From the human T2T-CHM13v2.0 reference genome, Homo sapiens, in NCBI RefSeq assembly GCF_009914755.1, contig NC_060932.1: a DNA stretch of 64,000 bases. One strand, written 5' to 3'. The notes under the pieces are model-generated. The model saw only the letters and a list, made by a program, of their open reading frames with translations, searched no databases and was not told the origin of the DNA. Shown one piece after another: positions 1 to 14,960 of this stretch. The translations under genes and the position numbers were made by a program. Every line of letters begins with the position of its first letter. Position 1 is the first letter of the stretch.

Positions 1-297
1 TAGGTGATTGAATCACAGGGCGAACTCCTCCCTTGCTGTTCCCGTGATAGAATTCTCACAAGATCTGGTTGTTCGAAACTATGTAGCGCCTCCTGCTTCA
101 ATCTGTCTCTTTCCTGCCATGTGAAGATGTTCCTGCTTCCCCTTTACCTTCTGCCATGATTGTAAGTTTCCTGAGGCCTCCCAAAAATCAGAAGCCCGTA
201 CAGCCCACAGAACCAGAAGCACATTTATACCTCTTTTCTTTATAAATTACCCAGTCTCAGGTAGTTCTTTATACCAGTGGGAGAACGGACTAACTCA
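1..297 (+). mobile_element. MaLR LTR, MST family (MSTA/MSTB-like), 5' end outside window
   Basis: Contains GATTGTAAGTTTCCTGAGGCCTCCC and TATAAATTACCCAGTCTCAGGTAGTTCTTTATA, then GAGAACGGACTAA, typical of the MST/THE1 LTR 3' half. Confidence 0.85.
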
Positions 298-357
298 CGG
301 GATACAGAAATGTCCTCCTGGCTGGTTCTTGTGCCTCCAATCTCATGACCAACCTCC

Positions 358-420
358 CCTTTCTCTCTCTCTTTCTCTTTCTCTCTCTCTCTCTCTCTCT
401 CTGTCTGTCTCTCTCTCTCA
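358..420. repeat. (CT)n / (CTGT)n microsatellite
   Basis: Imperfect TC dinucleotide run visible directly. Confidence 0.95.
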
Positions 421-739
421 TACTTGAACCACTTTGTTCTCAGTGCCACTAGAAATAACACAAGTGCAATCTTCTTTCTCTTATTAGGAATTCTAAATTA
501 CTTGGCATCGCTCTTACACCTTTACAAGGTCCTGCACAATCTCACTCCTTCTTGGCTCCCAGTTTCTCGATGGGCTCTGCTCTCTCCACCCCAGAGGCCT
601 TACATACGGCTATCATATTCCTGAATGCCCACGTCTCACCTGACTCATTCTGGGTGACACTTTCCATCTCAACGAGGCATCATTTGCAAGTGATGTGCTG
701 CCATCATGCAGGACCGAGGCCCTGTGTGACCCCAATAAG

Positions 740-895
740 AGCAGTTGTTATATCACATTGCAGAGCACTGCTTATGCCTCCATCATCTGCAATAAACTGT
801 AAGTTCCCCGAGGACAGGTAGGTGTTCACTGTGTTCACTTTAGTGAGCATAATACTTAGCATAGTATACAGAAGGCACAGAATAAATACTATTCC
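740..895 (+). mobile_element. L2 LINE 3' end fragment
   Basis: ACTGTAAGTTCCCCGAGGACAGG...CTTAGCATAGT...GAATAAATA resembles the L2 3' terminus. Confidence 0.55.
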
Positions 896-1672
896 TACAT
901 CAAGGCAGAATCTGAGTGGCATTGTTGTGGGTGGACACCATTTATTCCTTGTTTTTGCTCAGGCATTAAGGCGTGATAGAAGAACTACATTAGCAGCCAA
1001 AAGAGCTCACTTCCCTTTGTGCCCTGATTTTAAATGGTTGTGTCACATTCAGAAAGTTTCTTCAATGTTCTTAGTTTCAGCATCTATATTTGTAAAATAA
1101 TGCTACTGTTATCCATTATTCTAATGTTATAGATTTGGTGCACATTAAAAATTTGGGATGTTGAAAGTACTTTAAAAATTGTAAACCAGTATAGGAATTT
1201 TGATGAAATATTAGATCAGATCAAAATGAAAATGTCCCAGAAAAACTCCAATACAAAACGATCGAATTGCCCATGTTTGTTACTTCTGCGCGATCTGTCT
1301 CACTAGCTCTCCAGAAAATTACAGGCTGGCTACAAGCCAGAGAAAAAACGCATTCCTTTAACAAAAGAGGCTGATGAAAATGAATACTATGATGTTTATT
1401 ACGTTGCAAAGGAAAATCTTGATTAGGTAGGTTAACCCCAGGTTTGCCCAGAAATTAAAACCTAATAAATGTTTCATTGTCTCCTGAATGCAGAACTAAA
1501 TGGATATATGTTGTAGTGTGCGGCTGCCACACCATCCTGCACATGGAATTTGCGGCTTATAAATTATCAGCTAAGTCAGTTGGCCCTTTCAAATTTTTAG
1601 CCACAGGCTGTTGCTGTGTCATGTTTACCCACCCCATCTCTCTCCTCTTCTAGCTTCCTTAGAGAAGGAATG

Positions 1673-4116
<2,444 letters not shown>

Positions 4117-4889
4117 TAGTTTGATTTACCAATCTTTTGAGGGTTAATCCTACAGAAGGGGTAAATAAAGTTATTACTGTGGCTTTCAGGTGAGTTTAAT
4201 TGTCTTCAATATTGCAGCCTTTGTTTGGCCCTCCTGGAAAGGTAAGCAGTCATCTTAGGGAACAAATTCAGGAGAGGCACTGAGTGTCACTGTCAGCCTC
4301 TGAAAAATAGATGATCTGGATTAATGACATAACGGTCTAGTATCATTTCACCATTTCATTGTACAAAAGGGTAATATCTATATTGGCCAAGCTGTATTTT
4401 ATAGCTTTTCTAAAACTATTTTTTGGGTGTTGATATATATCCAAATTTGTTTTTATTCAAAACCAATTTTTTAATTTTTAAAAACCTTAATAATGAACCA
4501 CGAAAAGACAAAACATCTGTGTTCTGTTTAGCACTTCCTCCTCATCAGCCAAGCACCAAGACTTGCTCTTCCCTCCTCTGTCCTGTTCTCTCCTGGTCCC
4601 TTCCTGTGTCTGCATTTCCACTGTAGATACAAGCTCATGGGTGAAATTCGGGAGTGTTTCCTCCGTGTTTCCTTCAAGGAGTCTCAATAACTAGTACACG
4701 TTAAATGAATATCAACAACTGAAGTTTGTTTGGTAGATGATCATCCAGAGAAGGCGTCCATTAGGATCAGAATAGAGTAAGGAGTCCTCAGAGAGGCGAC
4801 AGGCTCCAAACTGGTTTTACAGGTGACTGGGATTTGGAAATAACTGCTTCTGCTTGTTACAGGCTTACTATGGACCACATGTATTTTAT

Positions 4890-5315
4890 AAAATACATCA
4901 TTTAATTTAGTCCTTATAATAACCTCTTCCATAGGTTTTCACTCTCATTTTTCAGGTTCTTGTTTTGCTCAGAACAAATCCTAGTGTTCTTTATCACCGT
5001 AAGATGGCTATAGTTAACAATAATATATTAGTTAGTTTCAAATAGCTAGAAGGAGGATATTGAACATTCCCAATACAAAGATAAATATTTGCGATGGTGG
5101 GTATGCTAATTAGCCCGATCTGATCACTGTTCATTAGATACATCAAAACATCACTATGTAACCCATGAATATGTACAATTATTATTTGTCCATTAAACAA
5201 AACAAAACAAAAAAGTAAACCAAAACCTGAAGTCATTTAGTAACTTATTCAAGGTTACGCAGCCCACAGCTGACAGGGCTGGGATGTAAATCCAGCTCCG
5301 CAACCACCCTTTACC
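4890..5315 (-). mobile_element. MIR SINE split by the L1MA insertion (pieces ~4890-4975 and ~5225-5315)
   Basis: Reverse MIR motifs: TTTAGTCCTTATAATAACC...CTCATTTTTCAG before the L1 and GTAACTTATTCAAGGTTACGCAGC...GGGCTGGGATGTAAATCCAG after it. Confidence 0.55.
4978..5222 (+). mobile_element. L1MA-family LINE 3' end
   Basis: CTATAGTTAACAATAAT...TTTCAAATAGCTAGAAG...AACATCACTATGTAACCCATGAATATGTACAATTATT followed by an (AAAAC)n tail. Confidence 0.85.
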
Positions 5316-5509
5316 ACTGTCATTCCCCTCTCCCTGGAGAGACAGAGTTTTCCTCAAATTTAAAAATAGGATACAGTGACTCCTATTCTCCTTGTGCCTG
5401 GGTTTGTATTGAAAATAAAGTGGAACAGTTTTCCTGAGAGTACTTTGAACAGCACACGCGCTGTGGATATATGTAGTACCATGTTATAGTATTTAGAAAA
5501 GGAAAAATT

Positions 5510-5605
5510 GTTTTGAGTACCAGTTCTAACACTAAGCATTTGTATGACTTTAAATCAATTTCCTCTAGGTTTCAGTTTCCTCATCTATAAAATAAGTAAT
5601 GGGTT
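5510..5605 (+). mobile_element. MIR fragment
   Basis: Core motif TTTCAGTTTCCTCATCTATAAAAT. Confidence 0.7.
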
Positions 5606-8600
5606 ACATGTGAACAATTACTGCATGACATGCGAGTATGTGTTACTTATTCACACCTTAATAACTGCAGAGTCTGGAGCTTTGTTGGGTGATAGCAGGG
5701 AAAAAGACACCCGGCGGGTGGTCACTGTCTGTACTCATGTCAAGAGACATGAGATGAGTCACCACATGCAAAGACACCGGAGGAAAGGGTAGAAGTCAGG
5801 ACGTCGCATAGATATTAAAGTCCGTGCTGTCTACGGGAAATTTCATGATGCTTATCACAGAAATCTCTACCAGGATAAAATGATAGCTGATGCCAGAGAG
5901 AAGGAGAGACAGCCTCCTCCTACCTGCAAGCAAGAGTGTGAGAGCCTGTCATCAAGGAGCTTTGCAATCATATTTGCAGGTGGAGTTGCAGGTACCTGGG
6001 TGTCCTCATTCTCACTTTCATCATCCATAAAGCTAAATTTTGAAACTCATCTTTAGACGCAATTTTAAGTGTAAAAATTTCCTTTTTATTGCTCTCTAAT
6101 TTCATTATGTGTATTAGAGAAATGCTTTTTCTCTACTCCCTTTTCAGAGAACACATTTTATAAAAAGTTATTTTGATACGGCAGAAGGCTACGACAAAAG
6201 CTCCAAATCTTGCACTACAAAGATTCCAGAAACACAATTATTATTAATGTCTTAGTCCATTGATTCTAGACAGAAAAGCTCAATAGGAGCAGACAAACAC
6301 ATTTGCCTCTTCTGAGAATACAGACAGAAATATTTGGCGTGGGGAATTTTGAAAGCAAAACAATGAGGGCAAAGGAGCTTAGGGAAGTCAATGTGTACTT
6401 GCAAATCCAAGGCCGTTTCCGATGCTTTGAGTGCATCTTGGCAGATGCTTCCTATGGTAGGTTAATTTGCAAAAACGTGAAATAACAGAAACCTACCCAT
6501 TAAATCCTCCACATTAAGTCCCATTTGGAAATGGGCATCAGAGAAAGCTATATAGCTGCTGTGAAGATCAGGGGATAATGTGTTTTGTTCTGCAGAGTTA
6601 TTTTATTGAAGCATAATTTGGTGCTCTGGGTTCTCACTGGTGGACAGCTATCCGTTAAGATCACCTCCCTAAGGTTACAATTGCCCATTCCAATGTTTGT
6701 TAATAAGAGACTAGGACTTTGATTTGGCTCACGGACAGTAAGTCAGGTCCATTTGTTGCAATGCATTATTTAAGAGCTGTTTGCAGCATATTACGGTCGT
6801 AATGGCTGCTATTATCAGGTGGGATATTACAATGAGGAGTCCACTAACGTAATGTGGTGAACTCCCAGAGAGACAGACTCTACTTTTTGGGAACCACAGA
6901 GTCTTCACTGGTAGCTGCCAAATAGCGTTTTTGGCAAATTACGGTCACAGAACACTCTCAGAAATACTCTTTGGTGGACAGTAAGAAATGCAAATGGTAA
7001 TTACCTCATCGAATAATGATTGCTCTGGACAGACCCTGAATTGTGATGTATTGTAAAGACGAAACCATCAGCCTTATTTATGAGGCACGGTTTCAGTCAC
7101 TCACCAACTATTGAGATGATTTTGGGCTGGGTGTGCAGATAGATTTTTTAATTGCATGTTACTGTTGTAGGTGGCTGAGCATTGCCTTTCCTGGACCCAA
7201 GATCAGGTAATCATGTTTTAAATGCTACTATATTCCTTCTAGAAAGAATGCTTCCTTATCACCATGGCTATCAGTAGGTCCGGGGCTGGAGGGCTGGGCT
7301 CGTGCAGCAGCTGGGCCAGGGTGAAGTCTTCTTACAAACAGATCTCCCTGCAAGGTACTTAGAAATTCCTCTGCCCAGGTCATCAGACCTGTCTTCCTGG
7401 CAACCCCTGTTAGATTTGACCTAGATGGGAACGGATTCTGAGTCTACGCTCAATCTGTTCAAATTTGAAGCTTCCTGCTCTGCCAACATCTGACCTTCAC
7501 CTTTCTTTCCTGTCTCTTAATGGCCCCAAGTAGGAATTGCTGTTCTCCCCTGATAGGATGGGAATCTGGGCTCAGCCTGCCCCAGATTTTTCCCTTGCAT
7601 TCTGCTTCTCTCAACTGCCTGTCACGAATTTGCTCTGTCTCCTAGTCTAGATATGTAAGCTGCAGGTCAGCAAAATAAGAAACACGTACACACCTCTGTG
7701 AGTTATTCACAGCCACCCAATCTGAGCCTTCTCAGCACAATATGGCACAGTGGTCCCCAAGCCATGGGGTCATCTACGGCAAGAAAGAAAACAACCCTAT
7801 TTTGTAGGTTCTTTAAATCATCGTAGATGCTGAATAACATTACATCAAGGAGACTTATCTGGGGGGAAATCTGTTGTTATTATTTGTAAGACAAAAAGAG
7901 GAACAGTGTTTTGTTTTTTTCCAACTTTGGATTAGCCCTTATGTCCTCTGAAACTAGAGGCCTCTAAGAAGTACTCTGGATTTAATTTTTTCTTCAAGTA
8001 TTCACTTTTACTTGATTGGCCCGTCAATGAACCATTGATTAGGGTCTATTTGTCCGCAGGTCCATTTAATTCTGAGGACCGTGCAATAACAAAGAAAGAA
8101 ACGCCTCCACACACAGCCATATGGCCCTGGGCAGATGTACTCTAAGTTGTTGAGTGCCTTCTTGTAACCAACAATGATTTTTTTTTTCCTTTTTGAGTAT
8201 AATACTTACCAAATGCCCTGTTGTGACAGTAAACACTGAATAAAGCTTTTTTCATGTGGTGAACCTGGCTGCAGGGGAACATCCTTGTTTTAGGGAATTT
8301 TGTACGGAGTTGGGTTTTCCCTGAAAATAAGTCATGATGTTTTTGTTATACTGTGAGGTAAGGCACACCTGTTAGAGCAAGCTATATATGCTCTAAGCCT
8401 CTTTGTTGCTTTTGAGAAATATTTTTGTTTTTCCTCCTAAAATGAAAATCAGCCCAGAAAAGGAAGTCAAGGAGAAACAGGGCTTATTGGAAGAGAAAAG
8501 CATTTAATAATAGGAAAGAAAAAATCCTTTATAGGTCTTAGGAGATGCTTCCTTTATAGAAAGAAAAATCTGCTTTTCTGTTTCAAAAAGTTAAACTGTA

Positions 8601-10645
8601 TGGGGTCTTCATTCTACATTTTGCAGAATTATCAAAAGAAAGCCCATCTGTAGTGAGAAATCGGAACCTAACCCCTTGTAAGGAATTTTCTTTCTTTGTA
8701 TGGACTACCAAGATGGAAACTTCCAAAGTGAGTTCCTCTGCTCCTGCCGAGGTTGGAATTGACATTTCTTCTCACAATTACTGAGCTGCAGGTGAGATAT
8801 CAGCCTCTCACTCCATAGGCCGAGAGCGGCAGCATGGTGTGCGCTCAGACTGGCTTGGCATGGATTTCCTTTCAGGAAATTAAAATCTATCTCCCTTAAC
8901 AGGGCAACAAAGAGGATGCGGTCACATTTTGCTGCTTCTTAACAGGGCACCACTGACGTCCGCCACTCTCCAAAGGATTCTCTTTTAAAGTTTTTCAGAT
9001 TTGAGAGATTCTCTTTAACGTGTGTCTGAATTTCAAATTTCTAGGGAGGAAATATCTCATAAAAATGAAAAAGCAACATGAGAGAATAGGTAAAGTGCCA
9101 GTGTCTAAAAGTGTAATTTGATATCTGAAAAAAAATCTCAAATTTTGATGATAAAAGCGGTTAGTCATCTAAGTGAAAAAAAAATGACAGGCGGGTGATT
9201 TAATTCATACACATTCATCGTTCACTTTTTCCACTCTTATAAGACATCTGTTGTACACAAGTCACGGTGTAGATTTATGGTAGATATAAAAATGAATAAA
9301 GGAAACCTCCAGTTTTTTGCCAAATGAGGTAACTGCTAGTGACATAGAAAAAATGATCTGATATTTGAATATAGTATGGGTGCTTTCTTTTGGTGGAAAG
9401 AGTAAAACTATATTTCATTAGATGCTGGAAACTGACATCTTTCATCAAAACTACTAGGAAAATTAGAAGAGACATAATATCAGTGTTCAGGTGAAAAAAT
9501 AATGATAATAACCAATATTTATTATATAAATTCTCTCTGTATATATGTATATGTGTAAAATATTCTACTAAGTGTTTTAGATAACTGTGTCATTCAAGGG
9601 CCACACAATTCCTATGAGGTTTCACTACCAAAGAAGGGATTCCTGTTTCTAGAGGCTTAGAATCACATCATGGGGCAGGAAAGAAAAATTGGCTATATAT
9701 ATTCTTGGACTAGATGGTGATGACAAGTGCCAAGATAGTTATTGGGATAAGAACTTGGAAGAAGTCCTACCACCCTTTCACAGAGATTATTTCAGTTCAA
9801 ATTTTCTCAGAGATCATTGAAAATACATGCTTAGAAAGTCTGAAATGAGGATGCAGGGTATTGATCATCAAATATATTCTCCGGCTGAAGACACACCGGT
9901 TCTTGGTTCACTGAATAATAGAAGAGAGAGGAAAGATGAGGAGACAATGCTGAGGCAGGCAACCCTGGCTCCCGGAACCACACGGCTCACTCAAAGTCAA
10001 GGGCACAGCACTGATGCTGGGGGTGGCGATTCAGAATTGGGTTGGGGAACCTGCAAGATTTCATAGCAGGGATTATTTCACTGTGTGAACAGGAGAGAGA
10101 AAAAAATCTCAAGGAATTTTTGACAGGGTAGAAGGGAAGGTGAAAGCTGGGCAAAAGAAGTATCTGGGAGGATAAAATATAATTTTCTAAATGTTGTAAT
10201 AAGTGAGAGGCTGCTGTGTGATTATTTCAGGGAACTTGAGCCTTCAGGGTTATTAGACACAACAAAAAGATAAAATGCAGGAATAATCTATGAATCTGTG
10301 AAGTTATCAGAACATTGCCAACCGGCCCGTTGGCAATATACAGTATAATGAGTGTTTATCCTGAGAAGTGAGGACTCCATGTTCTTGTTTTCTTCTTAAC
10401 CTCCTGCCTGCTTCTTCCCTTCCATGAAAACCATCCCAGTGTTTCAGTAAAAAGACTGTGAAGACTTCCGAAGTCAAAGTGACTATAGAAGTAATAAAAA
10501 TATGAAAGAAATATATGGGTGCAAGTTTTAAAGTCTAAAAAAAATACCTTTCGCTGGAAAAACCCTAAGCTGAAATGCTTACACTATGAAGCATAGTTAC
10601 AAAGTCAGTGGGATCAGGGTGCTATTGCTATAAGAATTTTAAAAT

Positions 10646-10954
10646 TGCTGGGCGTGGTGTCTCACGCCTGTAATCCCAGCACTTTGGGAGGCCGAGGTGG
10701 GCGGATCACCTGAGTTTCAGGAGTTGGAGACCAGCCTGGCCAACAAAGTGAAACCCTTTCTCTACTAAAAACAATATAAAAATCAGCCAGGCGTGGTGGG
10801 GGGCACCTGCAATCCCAGCTACTCAGGAGTCTGAGGCAGGAGAATCACTTGAACCCAGGATGAAGAGACTGCAGTGAGCTGAGATCGTGCCACTGCATTC
10901 CAGCCTGGGGGACAGGGCAAGACTCTGTCTCAGAAAAATAAAAATAAAAATAAA
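10646..10954 (+). mobile_element. AluS (Sx/Sz-like), full length
   Basis: Dimeric Alu with GGATCACCTGAG, linker and an (AAAAAT)n tail. Confidence 0.95.
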
Positions 10955-11536
10955 TCTAAAATGCTCAACTCTATATAATTAGTATTTTGACTGGTATAAT
11001 TAATTTTATTTTAAATTTATCTCCTTACATAGCTTTTATTTGCTATAGTCTACTTATTTTTCATTTGTTATCAATGTTTTTTATAATAAAATGCTTTTGC
11101 TTTAATAGTGTAAATGAAACAATAGGATTGTAATAGAGGACATAGTGTAATAAATGCAACAAGTGAACTGGAGCAGATTTTACAGGGACGCCAAAAAGGA
11201 GGCAGCTTCCTTCATAGGAGAGTGTAAAAGAAAAAGAGGAAATGTTCTTGATAGGATAAATAGGTTATTTCAACCTGTTAGGAGGTCGAAGGTAGAATGG
11301 CTTCTTGAAATGAGGATAAAAGTTAAACAACGAATAGCATAGAATGAAATATGCAGAGCATATTAGGAGAATAACATGCTCCTAATTTTTAATTGCTTTA
11401 TAACAGCATTTTGCTAAACAATATTTTTTATCTGTTGACAGTTTTCTTTTCTCTTGAACTTTAAAATTGTTTATTTAATGATTATGGGTATATGTATGCA
11501 TGTGAGCATGTATGTGTGCATTTTTCTCTTTTTTAG

Positions 11537-11774
11537 TATTTTCCCGGACCGGGGTAGCTTCTGGCCTTCACAGCCCAAATGCCCTCCCCTTTTCGACTGA
11601 AGAAAGAAAAGGACGAATCCCTTCAAACACGATCTCTTTCATGAGCTCTTTGATAGACTCTTTTTCTCCTCCTCTGCGCCAAAATGAATCCAACAGAATT
11701 TCCGTGGCTCCCTCTCCTTACCCTGACCCCATGTTAATCGTTGCAACAAACGTTGCAACTCCAGTGTGAGCCAG
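11537..11774 (+). other. Candidate non-coding exon
   Basis: Acceptor TTTTTCTCTTTTTTAG and donor CAG|GTGAGC bound a 238-bp CpG-enriched unique block; all three frames contain a stop. Confidence 0.3.
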
Positions 11775-12009
11775 GTGAGCTTCTGAGGCTTTCTAAGAAT
11801 TGCCACTGCTGAATTATCTTCCTGCACAACTTCCCTTCACTTAGTAGGGTACAGCTTATGCCTAATTGCAGAGACATTTGACCTTACATATATCTTTGAA
11901 TTATGTCTATCTCTTATTTTTGCTATAAATGGAGTTTGTGTTTTCTTCCTTTTCTCCTGTTATTGTTTGTATAATACACAGGAGGAATATAGTCATGACA
12001 ATAGTATTT

Positions 12010-12250
12010 GTAATAGTATCTAATATTCTATGGTGCCTAATATGTCACACAAACCATTCTACATCATACCGTATGCCATTTAATCTTCATAACACCCTAT
12101 AAAGTAAGTGTAATAGTAAGATAAGCATACAGAGGTATGCAGAAAGTTAAGCAACTTGGCCATTTGCAATGAACAGATAAATGGTGCCATAGGTTATGAA
12201 ACTAGTTAGTCTGGCTCAAGTCTCTATGCTTTAAACTGCCATGCTGTATA
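12010..12250 (-). mobile_element. MIR/MIRb
   Basis: ATTTAATCTTCATAACACCCTAT...GTTAAGCAACTTG...TAGTCTGGCTC...TTAAACTGCCATGCTGT, the reverse MIR consensus. Confidence 0.75.
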
Positions 12251-12384
12251 TAGCCATGTTTATGGTGGAAGTCTGTTTTGAATATTTGGAGCATGGTGGT
12301 TACAAGTGTTTAAAAACATAAGTGGCACCAGGGTGGAGGGAAGGTTAAAGAGGGATAATGCAGTCAACAACAAGGTCAGGGAGG

Positions 12385-12530
12385 CTGTGATTCTCAAACT
12401 TCTGTGAGCACACGGGCCACCAGTGGATGCTGCTGAATGCAGGTTCTGATTCTGCAGGTCCAGGGAGGGGCCTGGGACTCTGCATTTCTCAGGGCTCTTC
12501 AGGTAGTGCTGATATACTCTGAAGAGTCAG
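12385..12530. mobile_element. MER5A1 hAT-Charlie MITE
   Basis: TTCTCAAACTT...GTTCTGATTCTGCAGGTC...GGGGCCTGGGACTCTGCATTTCT...CAGGTAGTGCTGAT. Confidence 0.75.
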
Positions 12531-12539
12531 GAAGTATGA

Positions 12540-13050
12540 TGTTGGTCAGAGGATTGCAGGCAGAGATTAGGAGTGCCTGAGCTAAGGTATTACTTGAGGC
12601 AATGAAAGAAAAGAGACAAAAGTGAGAACGCATAGCAGTAGATCACGGAAACTGTAGACAGATTGAATGTGGGTGGTGAGGAATGATGGAAAAGAGTTGA
12701 CACGGAGTTTTCTAGCCTGGTAAATGCCTTCAACCTCCAATAAATAAATAATAATAAGCTTCGGCGGATGATAACTCGGCGGTGTGGGAGATGTTGAGCC
12801 GGAGTTTTCAATCTAGAGTAAGAGCCTCTGTATCCCCACCTGAAACATGGCAGTGGTATGAACATGCGGAAGAGTAGAGAATGGGTATTGGTGAAGACCG
12901 AGAGTGGAGCTGGGAGACACGTCTGCGTTTAATGTACGGTAACAGAATATTCAGAGGGATGGGAAGAAATGAGGAGAGGATTATTTTGTATGCCAAGGGA
13001 ACTGGCATAGAGGAAGTAATTAAGGTGCCTCCTGATGTTCTCTTTCACAA
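12540..13050 (-). mobile_element. Degenerate L2 internal fragment
   Basis: GA-rich GATTGAATGTGGGTGGTGAGG...TTTTCTAGCCTGG pattern typical of reverse L2. Confidence 0.45.
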
Positions 13051-14104
13051 TTTGGATTGTAGAAGACATGGATGTCATCGGGGGTCCCCAGTGTCTGAGG
13101 AAAGGAGAGGGGAAGGATGACCCGTCACGGTTCAGAAGACAGAGACAAGCCTGCAAGTGTGCAAAGAGGGAAAAGACTGCAGGAAATTCCACTTGAAATG
13201 GGCCATAAAAGTGCATCTTTTGTAATATTTCAATGTCTCTCTCAATATTTCCTCTAATCACAACTTTCCAGTTTCAAGAACAAACCTCACTCCTTACTGA
13301 CCAGTCTCAATATTTGTTTGTTTTCTATAAATTAAAATCCATTGTGTTGTCTTTATCTGCAATGCCTTCATTAGTTCTTGTCTCTAAAATCAACATACTA
13401 TCATAGTTATCAAGACCATGGGGTCAACCAAGAAACTGATAGTAGCATGTGTCGTCTAAAGATTAGTGCTGATAACTGGAAGGTCAGGTTTGAAAAACCC
13501 TTGTAATTTGTCTGAGAATTGATTTGTCTGTAGCAAGCTCCCATAACTTTTGAAGTGGAAACATTAAAACTCTAAAACAAGATCAGTCTAAACCAGGGAT
13601 TGACACTGTTTCCGAATTAGGATGCCAAGATGCTGAGCACATTCTTTTCCTATCCTGCTGGCCGGGGAGCTAACACCACAAACAGTTTCCCCTTTTCCAC
13701 AATAAGCTTTCACCATTCATCAGGATGCCGTTGACTGGAACATGTTTCTCCCATAAATGCACATGATTGTGCTTTACTTCTACGTGGAGGCATCATTAAT
13801 GCCCTAAGGGAATATGAACTTTAGTGGAGGATAGGGCACTGGAGTAGGTAAATTTACTTTAGTGGGTAACTTTTGTTAAGTGGAAGGCAACAGAGTCACA
13901 AGGCATCTGGAAGTTGGGATTTGAAAAGGCGCACGGACAAAGATGACAAATTCCAGGCTTCCCTTTGCCAAATGTCTTTTTGGGCCACACTTTCTGGTAT
14001 CTACTTTAAATATAAGTATGAGATCTTTGTGCCTGCTCTGTGTTTCCACTGAGGACTAAATATGACAGAAGTATATTTTAATGCCATTGTTACCTATGGC
14101 CTCT

Positions 14105-14178
14105 GCATTTCCTTCCTCCCTCCTTCCCTCGCTTTCTTTCTCCCTCCCTCCTTTTCTTCTTTTTTTTTTTATTTCTTT
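14105..14178. repeat. CT-rich low-complexity polypyrimidine tract
   Basis: (CCTT/CCTC)n followed by a T run. Confidence 0.8.
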
Positions 14179-14842
14179 TGCCTAAGAGAATGGAATCAAA
14201 TGCTGCTAGGCGAATCACTGCGTTTAATTATCTTGCTCTTGCTCTTTCTGCTTTGCTCTTAATATCTAATCGTATCCTCCTGTTTATTCTCTTCCTCTTT
14301 CCTAAGAACAGCACATGAATAAACTTTTAAGAGTGCATTAAGAGTGCCATCAGTCTATTTTGTGTAAACCAAAAATACACAGAGACATTCCAACGGTTAT
14401 GAAAAATATAGCTGAATTGCAAGTATTCCTATGATTAAGTACATTTTCTTTTGTTTTGGTTAGACTTACCAAATTGCTCCTATTAATATAATGTGCTCAT
14501 GCATTATGTAACAGCTGAGAGCAAAGCATACACTTCGAGAGCCCTACATTTTAACAAGCTGCATCACTTCCATACAACGTGGGGAGGGTCTTGGACCAAA
14601 TCCCCACATACTACAATGAAAGGCACCTGTGATACCATGGTGGTGTAAGTAGCCTAGTCTCCTCCTGCAGCTCATAGCAAAATATTTCATGAAAGTTAAT
14701 TAAATTTTTCAATATATCTTGAAAGAAGAACAGAGTATTGTGATTTAAAAAATAAATCTGTAAATGGCAGTAATAAAAAGTTTGGAAGACCAAACTTAAG
14801 AAAACAAGAAAGGGAAAAATACATTAAGAAGAAAGCCATAAT

Positions 14843-14960
14843 GAATCACAGAATGTTAGAGAGCAAACAGTCCTCAGAGATCATCTGTTGCAAGCCTTCA
14901 TTTTAGGAATGGGAGAACTGAGCACCACTGATGTTATGTAAGGTTATAGAACATCATCCT
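14843..14960 (-). mobile_element. MIR3/MIRc fragment
   Basis: ATCACAGAATGTTAGAG...CTCAGAGATCATCT...CTTCATTTTAGGAATGGGAGAACTGAG. Confidence 0.65.

Noticed and set aside
6630-7035. REST/RE1 sites from repeated GGACAG
   Set aside because: Only right half-sites are present; no TCAGCACC left half at a suitable spacing.
12762-12783. TCGGCGG repeated twice within an L2 fossil
   Set aside because: Too short to distinguish from chance or a micro-duplication.
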